Shown here piece by piece: positions 5,813 through 15,226 of a stretch of 64,000 nt of DNA; the stretch's first letter is position 1; every line of letters begins with the position of its first letter. The position numbers were made by a program, and so were the translations under genes. The notes below the pieces were generated by a model. That model did not search any database and was not told the DNA's origin. It saw only the letters and a program-made list of their open reading frames with translations. Source of the DNA: a virus (lineage: Duplodnaviria; Heunggongvirae; Uroviricota; Caudoviricetes); the IMG/VR virus record IMGVR_UViG_3300032312_001770, positions 1 through 64,000 of that record, one strand, 5' to 3'.

Positions 5813-6519
5813 ACTTCTTCATTATATTTTATATTAAAGTTCCAATCTCTTACAAATGATTCGGCCACTGGTAATAAATTTCCTTTATTGTTTATAAATT
5901 CTGCCTTATACCAACTATAATTTAGAAAATAAAAGTTTTGTTTTAATTCCCAAGATCTTTCAGTTCCTTGGCATTCGTTTTCATATGGTTCTTCACCTTT
6001 ATTTTGTATTCTTAATAATGAATCAATTTTCCAAAAAGCTGATTGATGATTATAATAAAAAGGAGAAGGAACTTCAAATTTCTTAACTCTTATACCATTG
6101 ATGTGGTAATTTGTATTTGATAGTATATAATTATACCAAGGTAAATACTCATTAATATGAATACAATCTACGTTATCAATATTCAAAAAGTTAAGACTTT
6201 CTTCAAATATTGATTTATCTACTCTGAATAAGGGCCAGAAATCATCTTGTGTGTATAATACAGAATTAAATCCTAAATCTTTTAGGTGATTTAGCGCCAC
6301 TACCATTCTTGTAGAAAAGTTTTTAGCTGGATTTTCTTCTTGACCAAAGAATCCAAAATTTAAAGTGGTAAACTTACCATATGGAAATATTTTATTTTCA
6401 GTTAAGATATAAATAGGCATATCTATATCCCAACACCAATTTATTTGATATGATAGTTTTAAACCTTCCCATAAATGTTCATATTTATCACAGGTTTGTA
6501 TTAAGATACATGTTTTCAT
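5809..6519 (-). CDS. hypothetical protein, possible glycosyltransferase (DDF/DxD-like segment TQDDFW)
   Basis: 236 aa; translationally coupled (ATGA overlaps) on both sides. Confidence 0.45.
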   Translation of the reverse strand: MKTCILIQTCDKYEHLWEGLKLSYQINWCWDIDMPIYILTENKIFPYGKFTTLNFGFFGQEENPAKNFSTRMVVALNHLKDLGFNSVLYTQDDFWPLFRVDKSIFEESLNFLNIDNVDCIHINEYLPWYNYILSNTNYHINGIRVKKFEVPSPFYYNHQSAFWKIDSLLRIQNKGEEPYENECQGTERSWELKQNFYFLNYSWYKAEFINNKGNLLPVAESFVRDWNFNIKYNEEV

Positions 6520-7631
6520 AATTGTTTAAGTATATTAAAATGAAAGTATTGAAAGTAATAATAAGCACCAAAATTTACCTTATTCATAAACTGGTTAATA
6601 TCATCAATTAAATTTTTTTCAACTTGTATAGTTATATGTTTTCTTGGATATATTGAACTCCATTTTAATTGTAAAACATCAATATCTTCTTTAGTTGATA
6701 TTTTAACAATTAGATAATCAAACTTTTCATCAGAATTAATAACAACATTATGATCAAAGTAAAGATTCTTTATTACTTCAATTTCTCTTGGATTAATAGA
6801 TGGTGAGAAGTAATTTATATGACAACAATCACCTTCTTTATTAAAAGGTGATAAGTAAAAAGGTGTTGTTTCATCAAAGCCTCTATCATAGTAATCTGAT
6901 ATAGAGTTTAAAGATTTTCTATCTACTCTAGAATTTGAAATCTGAAACATTCTATTAGTTTCTTCATTTATCTTATTTCCCTTTTCTGGAGTATGTGATA
7001 TAGAGTTTTCTCTATATGAATAACCATGTAAAGTTCTTGGTAGAAAAAGTACTTTTCCAATTTCTTCACAAGTTGTTATTTTAAGTACATCTTCAGCACA
7101 GTGAATCCATTCTTCTTTTTCAGAAAATTTATTAATATTATTTCTCCAAGCTCTGCAATCACCATAGTTATACTCATATGATTTATCTAGTGTTGATTGA
7201 TAGATATTGCAATTATTTTTATAATTTATATGTCTTGTAGCTCTTAAACTACCATTGACATCATTATTATAAATAATAGAATTAGTTGATATTAATTGAA
7301 CTTCTGGAAATTTTTCAAAGTTATGTTTATATACTTCCAATAACTTAGGAAACATAATATCATCAGAATCAAGAACCATAAAAATATCACCAGTTGACAT
7401 ACCAATAGGTGGGTTCCAATAGAATTCTTTTTTATAACTTGGTTTGGCCATTTTCACTTTTGGATTAGTAGAAGCTAACTCTTCTAGTTTTTTAGAAACT
7501 TCAGAGTTACTACTAAAATCATCAGATACTATCCATTCCCAATTTTTATAAGTCTGTGAGTTAACAGATTCTACTAATTGGTCAAAAGTATCTAAATATT
7601 CATAAAATCCAGTATAAATTGTAAATCTCAT
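6516..7631 (-). CDS. family-2 glycosyltransferase (GT-A fold)
   Basis: N-terminal SVNSQTYKNWEWIVSDDFS plus VLDSDD (DxD) motifs typical of GT2. Confidence 0.75.
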   Translation of the reverse strand: MRFTIYTGFYEYLDTFDQLVESVNSQTYKNWEWIVSDDFSSNSEVSKKLEELASTNPKVKMAKPSYKKEFYWNPPIGMSTGDIFMVLDSDDIMFPKLLEVYKHNFEKFPEVQLISTNSIIYNNDVNGSLRATRHINYKNNCNIYQSTLDKSYEYNYGDCRAWRNNINKFSEKEEWIHCAEDVLKITTCEEIGKVLFLPRTLHGYSYRENSISHTPEKGNKINEETNRMFQISNSRVDRKSLNSISDYYDRGFDETTPFYLSPFNKEGDCCHINYFSPSINPREIEVIKNLYFDHNVVINSDEKFDYLIVKISTKEDIDVLQLKWSSIYPRKHITIQVEKNLIDDINQFMNKVNFGAYYYFQYFHFNILKQL

Positions 7632-7645
7632 TAAATTAAATATTT

Positions 7646-7858
7646 TTATCCACCATAAGCAGAAGTCACATAACCACCACGAATAATAAAGTTAATTCTA
7701 TTTTGTTTTACATCCATTGTAAGCATTTTAGATTGACCATCAACCTCAACAACTCTTACTTCGAATCCACCATCTTTAGCATATTGTGTTGCTTCTTCTA
7801 AAGTTTTACCTAAGTATTCTCTTTCGGTAATCATACCATTATCTCTTAAATAACTCAT
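7646..7858 (-). CDS. hypothetical small protein
   Basis: 70-aa ORF. Confidence 0.35.
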   Translation of the reverse strand: MSYLRDNGMITEREYLGKTLEEATQYAKDGGFEVRVVEVDGQSKMLTMDVKQNRINFIIRGGYVTSAYGG

Positions 7859-7957
7859 AATTTAATTTTTCTTTTTATATAATAAAATTGATAATTTGTT
7901 TTTTAATAAAATTAGAAACATAGTTTTTAATATATACTTCAAACTATAAAACTTAAT

Positions 7958-8842
7958 ATGATAGATTTAAATTATAAAATTGGCGCCGATGGTCAGAAAA
8001 CATTAAGTGCTACGGGTAGTACTATACAATCAGCTTCTATAACAACAAGTGGATTTCCTGTTCAAGTAACTATTACTGGTGACGCTGAACCAGCAAGTGG
8101 TGGATGGCATAAATTACAAATCTATAGAGATTCAACAGCGATTGGTCAGATTTTACAAATAGAATCAAACGGTACTGGTAAAAACATGCCAGTTGCTATG
8201 GTTACAATTGACACACCAGTGGCTGGAACATATACATATTCTGTAAAAATGGTTGGTAGTACTGGTATGTCTGTTACATATAGTGAAAATGGTGAGTTAT
8301 CTATGATTGTTGAAGAGAAAGTTATTAGTTCACATAACTCTTTAAATTGGTTAAGAAGAGATATTAATTCGCCGGTTACTTATTATGGATATTCACATGA
8401 TGTGAATGCTGATGATACTGATGACAACTGGGCTATTAAAAAAGTAACTGTTTCTGGAACTGTTGAAACTGTTAAGTGGACTAATGGTGAATATAATACA
8501 ATTTCTAAATGGAGTGAGCGAGTTGCTTCTTTTGCTACACCTGCAGGGTCTTTAGGTTTAACTTGTAGTAGTAGTGGTTCATCTTTAAATGTTAGTTGGA
8601 ATCAATTAACAGGAGTTGATAATTATCAAGTTATCATTTCATCGAATAATATAATATATTCTGATTTAGGAACTCAACTTTATAATAATAAAAATTTCAA
8701 TTCTAGTCAAATAACTAAAGTAGTAACAAACAGCGGAAGCTATGCTTATTATCATGCCTCCGCTGGTAATACCTATACTATTACTCTAAATGCTGTTAAT
8801 GTTGCAGGTGCATCATCATCAACAGTTACTATTACTGCTTAA
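7958..8842 (+). CDS. Ig/Fn3-like structural protein; paralog of the N-terminal domain of gene 63079..>64000
   Basis: Shared segments LQIYRDSTAIGQILQIES / TIDTPVAGTYTYSVKMV versus LQLYRNSTPIGKIIQAENS / FIDTPSAGNYSYSMRTV. Confidence 0.55.
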   Translation: MIDLNYKIGADGQKTLSATGSTIQSASITTSGFPVQVTITGDAEPASGGWHKLQIYRDSTAIGQILQIESNGTGKNMPVAMVTIDTPVAGTYTYSVKMVGSTGMSVTYSENGELSMIVEEKVISSHNSLNWLRRDINSPVTYYGYSHDVNADDTDDNWAIKKVTVSGTVETVKWTNGEYNTISKWSERVASFATPAGSLGLTCSSSGSSLNVSWNQLTGVDNYQVIISSNNIIYSDLGTQLYNNKNFNSSQITKVVTNSGSYAYYHASAGNTYTITLNAVNVAGASSSTVTITA

Positions 8843-9239
8843 TAACTTCTTTGATAGATTCAGAAACCATTTTCTTGTCTGCTGGAAGAGTTGCAAATTC
8901 TTTCATGATAGCACCAATTTGAGTGATACCGGAATTAACAAGTTCTGTTACTTTAGCAGTAACTTCTTCTTTAGACATTTGTGTTGGAAGGTAAACTTCA
9001 ATAACTGACAACTCTACTTTAGACTTTTCGTCATTAGTTATAGCAATAGTTTCTTTTAGAGACTTAACAGTTTTTGTGAGAATTTTAGTTACCTCAACAT
9101 CTGAAAGGTTATCAGTACCAACATTCTTTTCTACAGTTTGAATTTCTCCTTTAACAACAGATAGTATACTTTTTGCTACCATGTTCTTAGACTTAAATGC
9201 TGTCATAAAGTCTGTGTTGATTTTTTCTTTCAGTGTCAT
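8832..9239 (-). CDS. GatB/YqeY-domain protein
   Basis: Full-length similarity to the YqeY family (MTLKEKINTDFMTAFKSKN...LSDVEV...YLPTQMSKEEV...). Confidence 0.6.
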   Translation of the reverse strand: MTLKEKINTDFMTAFKSKNMVAKSILSVVKGEIQTVEKNVGTDNLSDVEVTKILTKTVKSLKETIAITNDEKSKVELSVIEVYLPTQMSKEEVTAKVTELVNSGITQIGAIMKEFATLPADKKMVSESIKEVIKQ

Positions 9240-9706
9240 ATTATTTTATTTACTTATTTACAAATTAAAAAAAGAAGATTGTTGGAACGTCTGCCAAGTA
9301 TGGTCGAAATCCGAGAACCTTACCTTGACTTTTAGTGACCTCATCACTTAGGATTACCTTTTAATATGCTTTCGCCTCGGTTGAGCAGTGTTACCATTCT
9401 GCTCGTTTTAATCTTCTTTGAGTTGGGTTTATTTTTCTAATATTTTGAGACATCTATCACCAACACAACTTTGATATCTACACCCTTACTATTATCATAG
9501 TATATTTTACAAGGTAGTTCACTGGGTTTAACAAGGGTGTTAACTTATTTAACAGCTACTTACTACCATAATTTCGTTAAAACTCACACTTACTCATTAT
9601 ATAATGTGAAATCTTTCGACCTGCTACTAACGTAGCTTTTGTTTTGACGACTCTTTGCTAATTCTTATACAAATATAGTGACAAAGTTTTAAATTGGCAA
9701 ATTATT

Positions 9707-9718
9707 TTTAATATATAC
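9707..9718 (+). promoter_or_regulatory. TTTAATATATAC promoter-like element 3 nt upstream of the ATG (one of at least 9 copies)
   Basis: Recurs at 7926, 9707, 19038, 36550, 53548 (+) and 29218, 59296, 61014 (-). Confidence 0.45.
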
Positions 9719-9721
9719 AGT

Positions 9722-11359
9722 ATGTCAAACATGAAATATCTAATGTTATTTGAAGCTTTTGAAGCTAATGCTTTGTCAAAAATGATGGCATTTTTGACAA
9801 AAAAGACTGATAGTAATTCTAAAGAAAGATTCCGTGATAAACTAAAAACATTAATTACTAGATTAGATATTCCTATTGATAAAATTAAAGATAATGATAT
9901 TAAATATCTTAATAGAGCTCAAGCTCTTAAATTAAGGAGTGAAAGGGAATCTGATTCTATATTTTGTTTGAAGTTTTGGTTTTCAATAGATGAAGGTTAT
10001 TTAGGTTTTACTGGTACAGGTAATTTAACAATGGACTTTAATGAATATATTAGTGGAACTAGAAAAAGAAGTTCATCAGATAAAAATTCACCATTTACCA
10101 CAAGAGAATTAAATCATATTAAAAATGATTTAGATATTAATATTAAAACAGGATCTTTAGAACCAGTTAAAAACTATGAAAATTTACAACATGGTCAATT
10201 AGTCATGGGTATATTTTCAGATGATGAAGATTTAGATAGATTAGGAATAGCTAAAATTTGGAGAGATGAAAACAATTTATTTGCTATTCAAAATGTTACT
10301 TCTGGTGGAGAGCCTGGGTCTCAGATTGATGGTGTATCTTGGAGAGAATGGGGATATAGATATTCTTGGTCACTAGACAGTGTTTACTCACCCGGATCAG
10401 ACCATTGTAAGTTACATATTTATACACCATCTGATAAACCTATTCATGTAGTAGGTAATAAAAAAGAAGTTGAAGAAGTAGAAGTTAAGAGTCTATTTGA
10501 CTTTAATTTACCAGTAGATAGATATTATAGTTTAACAGAATGGGGTGATACTTCTTGGTCCATAGATAGTTATAAATCTGTTGAAAAATCAGACTTTGCA
10601 ATTGTCTTAATGATAGATGATGTTGTTAAATCAGTTGGAACTAAAGTCAGTAATGTCAGAAAATCTAGGGAAGAATCAAAAGAAGGCGCTACAAGTTTGA
10701 TGAGTGACCATCAAATTAAAGAAGCTAATATTAAAAGATATTTAATGGGATTGGTTTCTAAAATGGGTATTGCATTAGATACATCAAATCTTCAAAATCT
10801 ACAAAAGATGGTTATAAAATCTACTTGTGATGAATTTGCTTTTATTTCTATTTATAAAGAAAGACCAGATTTTGATACTTTAAATCAAATATCAAAAGAC
10901 ATTTATAACATGATGGATGTTAAATCGGAATCTGATAAAAAATATTATTTAGAAAGAGCAATATCATACTATCAAAGTTTAAATAGTATTTCTAATGATT
11001 ATAAGAAAAATTATGTTGAATCTTTAAAAGTTATTAAAAATTTTGATAATGAGCAAGTTAAAGAATTCTTTGATATAGCAATAAAAATGGGCAATAAAAT
11101 AAAAAAGTATTTACTATCTCAAAATATTCAAAGTATTGAAGATTTAAGAATGATTATTATTAAATTAAGAACTATTAAAACTATTTCAAGAGAAAACGAG
11201 TTTAGCTTTAGTGGTTTTATTAAAAGTATTTTAGATGAATTCCACTATAAAAGTGAAGTAGAATGGCTTTGCGCAAATGGCTATGGTGATAGAGATATAT
11301 CTAAAGAACTTACTAGAATTAAACACTTAGAAAGATATGTTGATTCTTTATTGAGATAA
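9722..11359 (+). CDS. hypothetical protein (N-terminal MKYLMLFEAFEA motif)
   Basis: 545 aa; promoter-like TTTAATATATAC 3 nt upstream of the ATG. Confidence 0.5.
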   Translation: MSNMKYLMLFEAFEANALSKMMAFLTKKTDSNSKERFRDKLKTLITRLDIPIDKIKDNDIKYLNRAQALKLRSERESDSIFCLKFWFSIDEGYLGFTGTGNLTMDFNEYISGTRKRSSSDKNSPFTTRELNHIKNDLDINIKTGSLEPVKNYENLQHGQLVMGIFSDDEDLDRLGIAKIWRDENNLFAIQNVTSGGEPGSQIDGVSWREWGYRYSWSLDSVYSPGSDHCKLHIYTPSDKPIHVVGNKKEVEEVEVKSLFDFNLPVDRYYSLTEWGDTSWSIDSYKSVEKSDFAIVLMIDDVVKSVGTKVSNVRKSREESKEGATSLMSDHQIKEANIKRYLMGLVSKMGIALDTSNLQNLQKMVIKSTCDEFAFISIYKERPDFDTLNQISKDIYNMMDVKSESDKKYYLERAISYYQSLNSISNDYKKNYVESLKVIKNFDNEQVKEFFDIAIKMGNKIKKYLLSQNIQSIEDLRMIIIKLRTIKTISRENEFSFSGFIKSILDEFHYKSEVEWLCANGYGDRDISKELTRIKHLERYVDSLLR

Positions 11360-11710
11360 TAAATCTATTTCTTTTTTACGCTCATCAATTTCATATATCA
11401 AAGCAAGACAATCTCTTTTTAATTTTTTAAGTTCTTTAGCCTCGGTGATACTAACTTTTTTTAATTCAGTTTCAATTCCTTGAATTTCAGTTTGTATAGA
11501 TTTGCTTATTTTATTCAACTCTGATTTTATAGTAGATTGTATATCCGGTATTAGTGATTTATAATATGGATTATCATATATAATTTCTTTGTATTGATTT
11601 GGTTCAAATTTCTTTACCAACTCAACAAGGTGCTTGAGTATATCTTCCTCAGTTAGAGAACTTTTTAATTTAATTAACAAAGGATTAATATCTTGATTTT
11701 TACGAGTCAT
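11348..11710 (-). CDS. hypothetical coiled-coil protein
   Basis: 120 aa, Lys/Glu-rich. Confidence 0.4.
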   Translation of the reverse strand: MTRKNQDINPLLIKLKSSLTEEDILKHLVELVKKFEPNQYKEIIYDNPYYKSLIPDIQSTIKSELNKISKSIQTEIQGIETELKKVSITEAKELKKLKRDCLALIYEIDERKKEIDLLSQ

Positions 11711-11711
11711 T

Positions 11712-12146
11712 TTATACTACACGACGGATCTCTCGATCCATATCTCTTTTTTTAATTGTTTCTCTTTTATCGTATAACTTTTTACCTTTAACAACACCTA
11801 ATTTAACCTTAACTCTGTTATGTGCTGTAAATATTTCTAACGGAACCATAGTTGTTCCTTTATCTTGAAGTAATTTTTCAATTCTATCAATCTCTTTACG
11901 ATTAAGAAGTAATTTCTTATCTCTATTTTCATCATGTGGTTGGAATGCGTGACTTTGTGAATATCTAGCCACTTTCATATTCTTAATCCAAATCTCACCT
12001 TTTTGTATATAAGCAAAACAATCAGCAATAGTTACATTACCAGCTCTAATAGATTTAACCTCACTACCTAATAGCATTACACCTGCGTCGAAGTTCTCCA
12101 ACACAAAGTATTCATAATAAGCTTTTCTATTAGTTGTTATTTTCAT
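11712..12146 (-). CDS. smpB: SsrA-binding protein SmpB
   Basis: Clear SmpB signature: YFVLENFDAGVMLLGSEVKSIRAGNVTIADCFAYI...KLLLNRKEIDRI...GTTMVPLEIF...VKVKLGVVKGKKLYDKRETIKKRD. Confidence 0.85.
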   Translation of the reverse strand: MKITTNRKAYYEYFVLENFDAGVMLLGSEVKSIRAGNVTIADCFAYIQKGEIWIKNMKVARYSQSHAFQPHDENRDKKLLLNRKEIDRIEKLLQDKGTTMVPLEIFTAHNRVKVKLGVVKGKKLYDKRETIKKRDMDREIRRVV

Positions 12147-12732
12147 AGTTACAAATATAGTTATAATCTTTTAATTTATCAAATGATACCAATATATCAT
12201 CACCGTTTTCACCAAATCTATTCTTTATTACTTTCATTGATTCTTCTTGCATCACAATAGCAACATCACTCAAAAAAATAGAATGACTACCACCAGAAAA
12301 ATTTGTAATACTGGAATCATCAGCATTCTTTACACTACTATTTAGTGATGTTAATATTAAAAGTTTGTAAGGCGGTGTTTGGGGATAAACACCAGAATAA
12401 TTTGAGTACATATCTTCTCTAATTTTATTTAAGATATTACCTATTTGTCTTTGTCGACCACCTAAATCTTTCCAATTATCAATTGATATATCATTCAAAT
12501 CTAAAACAAGATACTCTGGATTATTTACAGTATCTCCAGTTTCTAAAATTGATTTTAGTTTCAAATCTCTTAAAAAATATTTAAAAGAAAAAGACGAGTC
12601 TATTTCAGGAACCACCAAGTGAGGTAGTTTTGAAATAATCTCGTCTTTGAGTCTTTCCTGCTTAAATCTATATCCTAAAAGAGATATATTAGATTGGCTC
12701 AGTAGGTCAAAAAAATAACCAATATCTTTCAT
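12130..12732 (-). CDS. hypothetical protein
   Basis: 200 aa; overlaps smpB by 17 nt and abuts trx. Confidence 0.4.
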   Translation of the reverse strand: MKDIGYFFDLLSQSNISLLGYRFKQERLKDEIISKLPHLVVPEIDSSFSFKYFLRDLKLKSILETGDTVNNPEYLVLDLNDISIDNWKDLGGRQRQIGNILNKIREDMYSNYSGVYPQTPPYKLLILTSLNSSVKNADDSSITNFSGGSHSIFLSDVAIVMQEESMKVIKNRFGENGDDILVSFDKLKDYNYICNYENNN

Positions 12733-13055
12733 TATGATAAGTGACTATTGATAAGATCAGTTAATGCTTTTTTAGTTACAGCACCTTTTGTAGTCTCAAC
12801 AATTTCTCCATTTTTGTAAATGAAAATTGTTGGAATATTTCTAATACCAAGTTCCACAACTTTGTCTCTATTTGCATCTGCGTCACACTTACCAACTTTA
12901 AGTGTTTCGGAATAATCACTTGATATTTCATCAATAATAGGTGAAATTGCTTTACAAGGACCACACCAAGCTGCCCAAATGTCAACAAGTACTAATCCAC
13001 TACTAACGAACTCATCATAGTTTTCGCTGTTTAATTCTGTTATATATGCTACCAT
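12732..13055 (-). CDS. trxA: thioredoxin
   Basis: WCGPC active site (VDIWAAWCGPCKAISP) in a 107-aa thioredoxin-sized protein. Confidence 0.85.
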   Translation of the reverse strand: MVAYITELNSENYDEFVSSGLVLVDIWAAWCGPCKAISPIIDEISSDYSETLKVGKCDADANRDKVVELGIRNIPTIFIYKNGEIVETTKGAVTKKALTDLINSHLS

Positions 13056-13099
13056 ATTAATAATTTTTTTTTATTTTATATTTGAATATTGTGAAAAGT

Positions 13100-14413
13100 T
13101 TAGAAATACCAGACTTTTTCATTATTTTCATTATCAATAATCTCTTCTATATTTAATATTTTATTTACTTTACCTCTTGTATCATTAACTATTTTCTTTC
13201 TAACAGAAAGTTCTAATAACAACATTGTTTGTTCATCTAAAATAATATCTTTATCTACTTTAACACTTTCTAATATAGAAATTGCTACAATAGGATCTTC
13301 TTTAAACTTATCTAAAAACTTTTTAATAACCTCAATTTGTTCAGACATTTTTAATCCTTTAAGATTTTCAATAGAACCTGGAGCATATTTACTAAATCTT
13401 TGTAATAAATCCATATCTTCTTGGCTCACTTCACGGTCTATATAATGAACATTATCAAAAAAATAGTATAGTTTAGACCACATATCCTTTAGACCTTGGT
13501 CTTTACCGTAGATGTTTCTCATATAAAATAAAAAGTCTGTTGACTTAAATATTTTATTAAGATTATTATCTTCAAATATTTGAGGAAGATTACTGTAAAC
13601 TATTTTTTCAAAATCATCAGTCAGTGGAACCTCAGTCACTTCTGTTTTAACACCTCTAGCAACTAAATAGTAAAGTTCAACTTTCTCACCAGTTTTTCCA
13701 AATACAAATTCTTCAGCTTCTAAATCTCTTGACATTTGAAAATACTTAGAAAGCATATCTTTATGGTCCTTACACATTTCTAAATATCTATCTTTAAATC
13801 TTAATTTGATTCTATCAATGAATCTATAAGAAAGAGCATATTGAATAAGTTTGAATTCAAATTCATCAAGTTTGGCTTTTAATTCTTTAGATTTTTTAGA
13901 TATACGAACTGCTGTATGTGAAGGTGTCATTAAGTTAGAAACTTTTAACTCACCTGTTTTTAAGAAATCTTCAAATTCAGAAGTCCAGAATAACTTATCA
14001 TTATCAATATCATAGCCAATTCGAGTAGCATTGATATCAAATGACTTAATAATCAAAGAAGGATCTGATGTGTTTGATTTATACTTAATAGTATTGAACA
14101 TATCGTCTCTCTCAGACTCGACTATAGAATAGAAATCTTTAGTATAATTATTAAAATTCATACCATTGTAGTCTTCATAATACTTTGTTTCTTTTTCTTG
14201 GTAATTGAAAAGAGTTTTCTTATTGTTATCTAATTCTTTTTCAATACCGTCAAAAACAAAGATGTCAATGTCATTGACCACAGCTTTGTTACCTGATACC
14301 AATTCCCAAACAATATTTGCGATGGCGCCTCCAGCAACAAATCCGTGTAGAGGCAGACCCCACTTTTCTTTGATTCTATCTATAGCCTGTCTTCCTAGAG
14401 ATTCTATATTCAT
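13100..14413 (-). CDS. pol-beta-superfamily nucleotidyltransferase (possible tRNA nucleotidyltransferase/CCA-adding-like head domain)
   Basis: N-terminal GFVAGGAIANIVWE...NDIDIFVF matches the hGG...DxD nucleotidyltransferase motif (compare LVGGAVRD...DxD of CCA enzymes). Confidence 0.4.
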   Translation of the reverse strand: MNIESLGRQAIDRIKEKWGLPLHGFVAGGAIANIVWELVSGNKAVVNDIDIFVFDGIEKELDNNKKTLFNYQEKETKYYEDYNGMNFNNYTKDFYSIVESERDDMFNTIKYKSNTSDPSLIIKSFDINATRIGYDIDNDKLFWTSEFEDFLKTGELKVSNLMTPSHTAVRISKKSKELKAKLDEFEFKLIQYALSYRFIDRIKLRFKDRYLEMCKDHKDMLSKYFQMSRDLEAEEFVFGKTGEKVELYYLVARGVKTEVTEVPLTDDFEKIVYSNLPQIFEDNNLNKIFKSTDFLFYMRNIYGKDQGLKDMWSKLYYFFDNVHYIDREVSQEDMDLLQRFSKYAPGSIENLKGLKMSEQIEVIKKFLDKFKEDPIVAISILESVKVDKDIILDEQTMLLLELSVRKKIVNDTRGKVNKILNIEEIIDNENNEKVWYF

Positions 14414-14419
14414 AAATAA

Positions 14420-15187
14420 TTACATTAACATTTCATCGATAGCGTCAAACTCTTTCTTAGTCTCACGAACTAAGATAGCTCTTCCGTTACGAATTTGTGA
14501 TTTAACTGTTGATAGGTTTAGGTTAAGTTTATCAGAGATATCTTTATAAGACATTCTTTTTAACTCACGCATTTCGATTACATCACGATAAGGATTCTTT
14601 AATTTTTCAATGTGTTTCTTCATGATGTCAGCTTTCTTAGCATGAACCTCATACATAAAGTTGTCACCTTCATCTTCTTGAATGAAGTCTTTCATTGTTG
14701 TTCCTTCATCATCGAACTCAATATCTAATGACATTGTTTTCTTTTCGTTTTTAAGATCTTGTAATGCAAGATTTTTTGCTATTGTAAATAGCCAGGTGGA
14801 GAATTGAGATTTTTCTTTTTCATATTTCTCAATTTTCTCAAAAGCCGCCATGAATGAATCTGTTGAGATATCTTCTGCCTTTTGAGGATCATTAGTAATT
14901 TTAGCTGTAAAATAAACTAATTTTGGATAATACTTTGTGTACAATGAAGAGAAATCTTTACCCGTTCTTTCTCTAAATATTTTTTCTTGTTCACTGAATA
15001 GAATTGCCTTTTTAGGTTCCATATTTTGCCGTTTCTTTTTTTGTTGAAGAGTCATTAATTCATCCTCAATATTGCCTTCTTTTGCCGTTAATGGTGATTG
15101 CTCACCCGAATAATTTATATCATATATATCAGCAAAAGTTGCGCCTATTTCAAAGTTTTTTTCACTTTGATTTTTTATTTCTATCAT
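14420..15187 (-). CDS. RNA polymerase sigma factor, sigma-70/ECF-like family
   Basis: Region 2-like FSTWLFTIAKNLALQDLK and region 4 HTH MSYKDISDKLNLNLSTVKSQIRNGRAILVRE. Confidence 0.75.
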   Translation of the reverse strand: MIEIKNQSEKNFEIGATFADIYDINYSGEQSPLTAKEGNIEDELMTLQQKKKRQNMEPKKAILFSEQEKIFRERTGKDFSSLYTKYYPKLVYFTAKITNDPQKAEDISTDSFMAAFEKIEKYEKEKSQFSTWLFTIAKNLALQDLKNEKKTMSLDIEFDDEGTTMKDFIQEDEGDNFMYEVHAKKADIMKKHIEKLKNPYRDVIEMRELKRMSYKDISDKLNLNLSTVKSQIRNGRAILVRETKKEFDAIDEMLM

Positions 15188-15226
15188 AAAGTATTTTTTT
15201 CCATTGTTTTTATTATTAATTTATTA

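Noticed and set aside
9270-9300. tmRNA 3' end candidate (GGTCGAAATCC)
   Set aside because: The flanking bases do not form a 5-bp T stem plus 7-bp acceptor with a GGGG 5' partner, and no tag-peptide ORF ending in Ala-Ala-stop was found. Kept only as a region-level ncRNA candidate.
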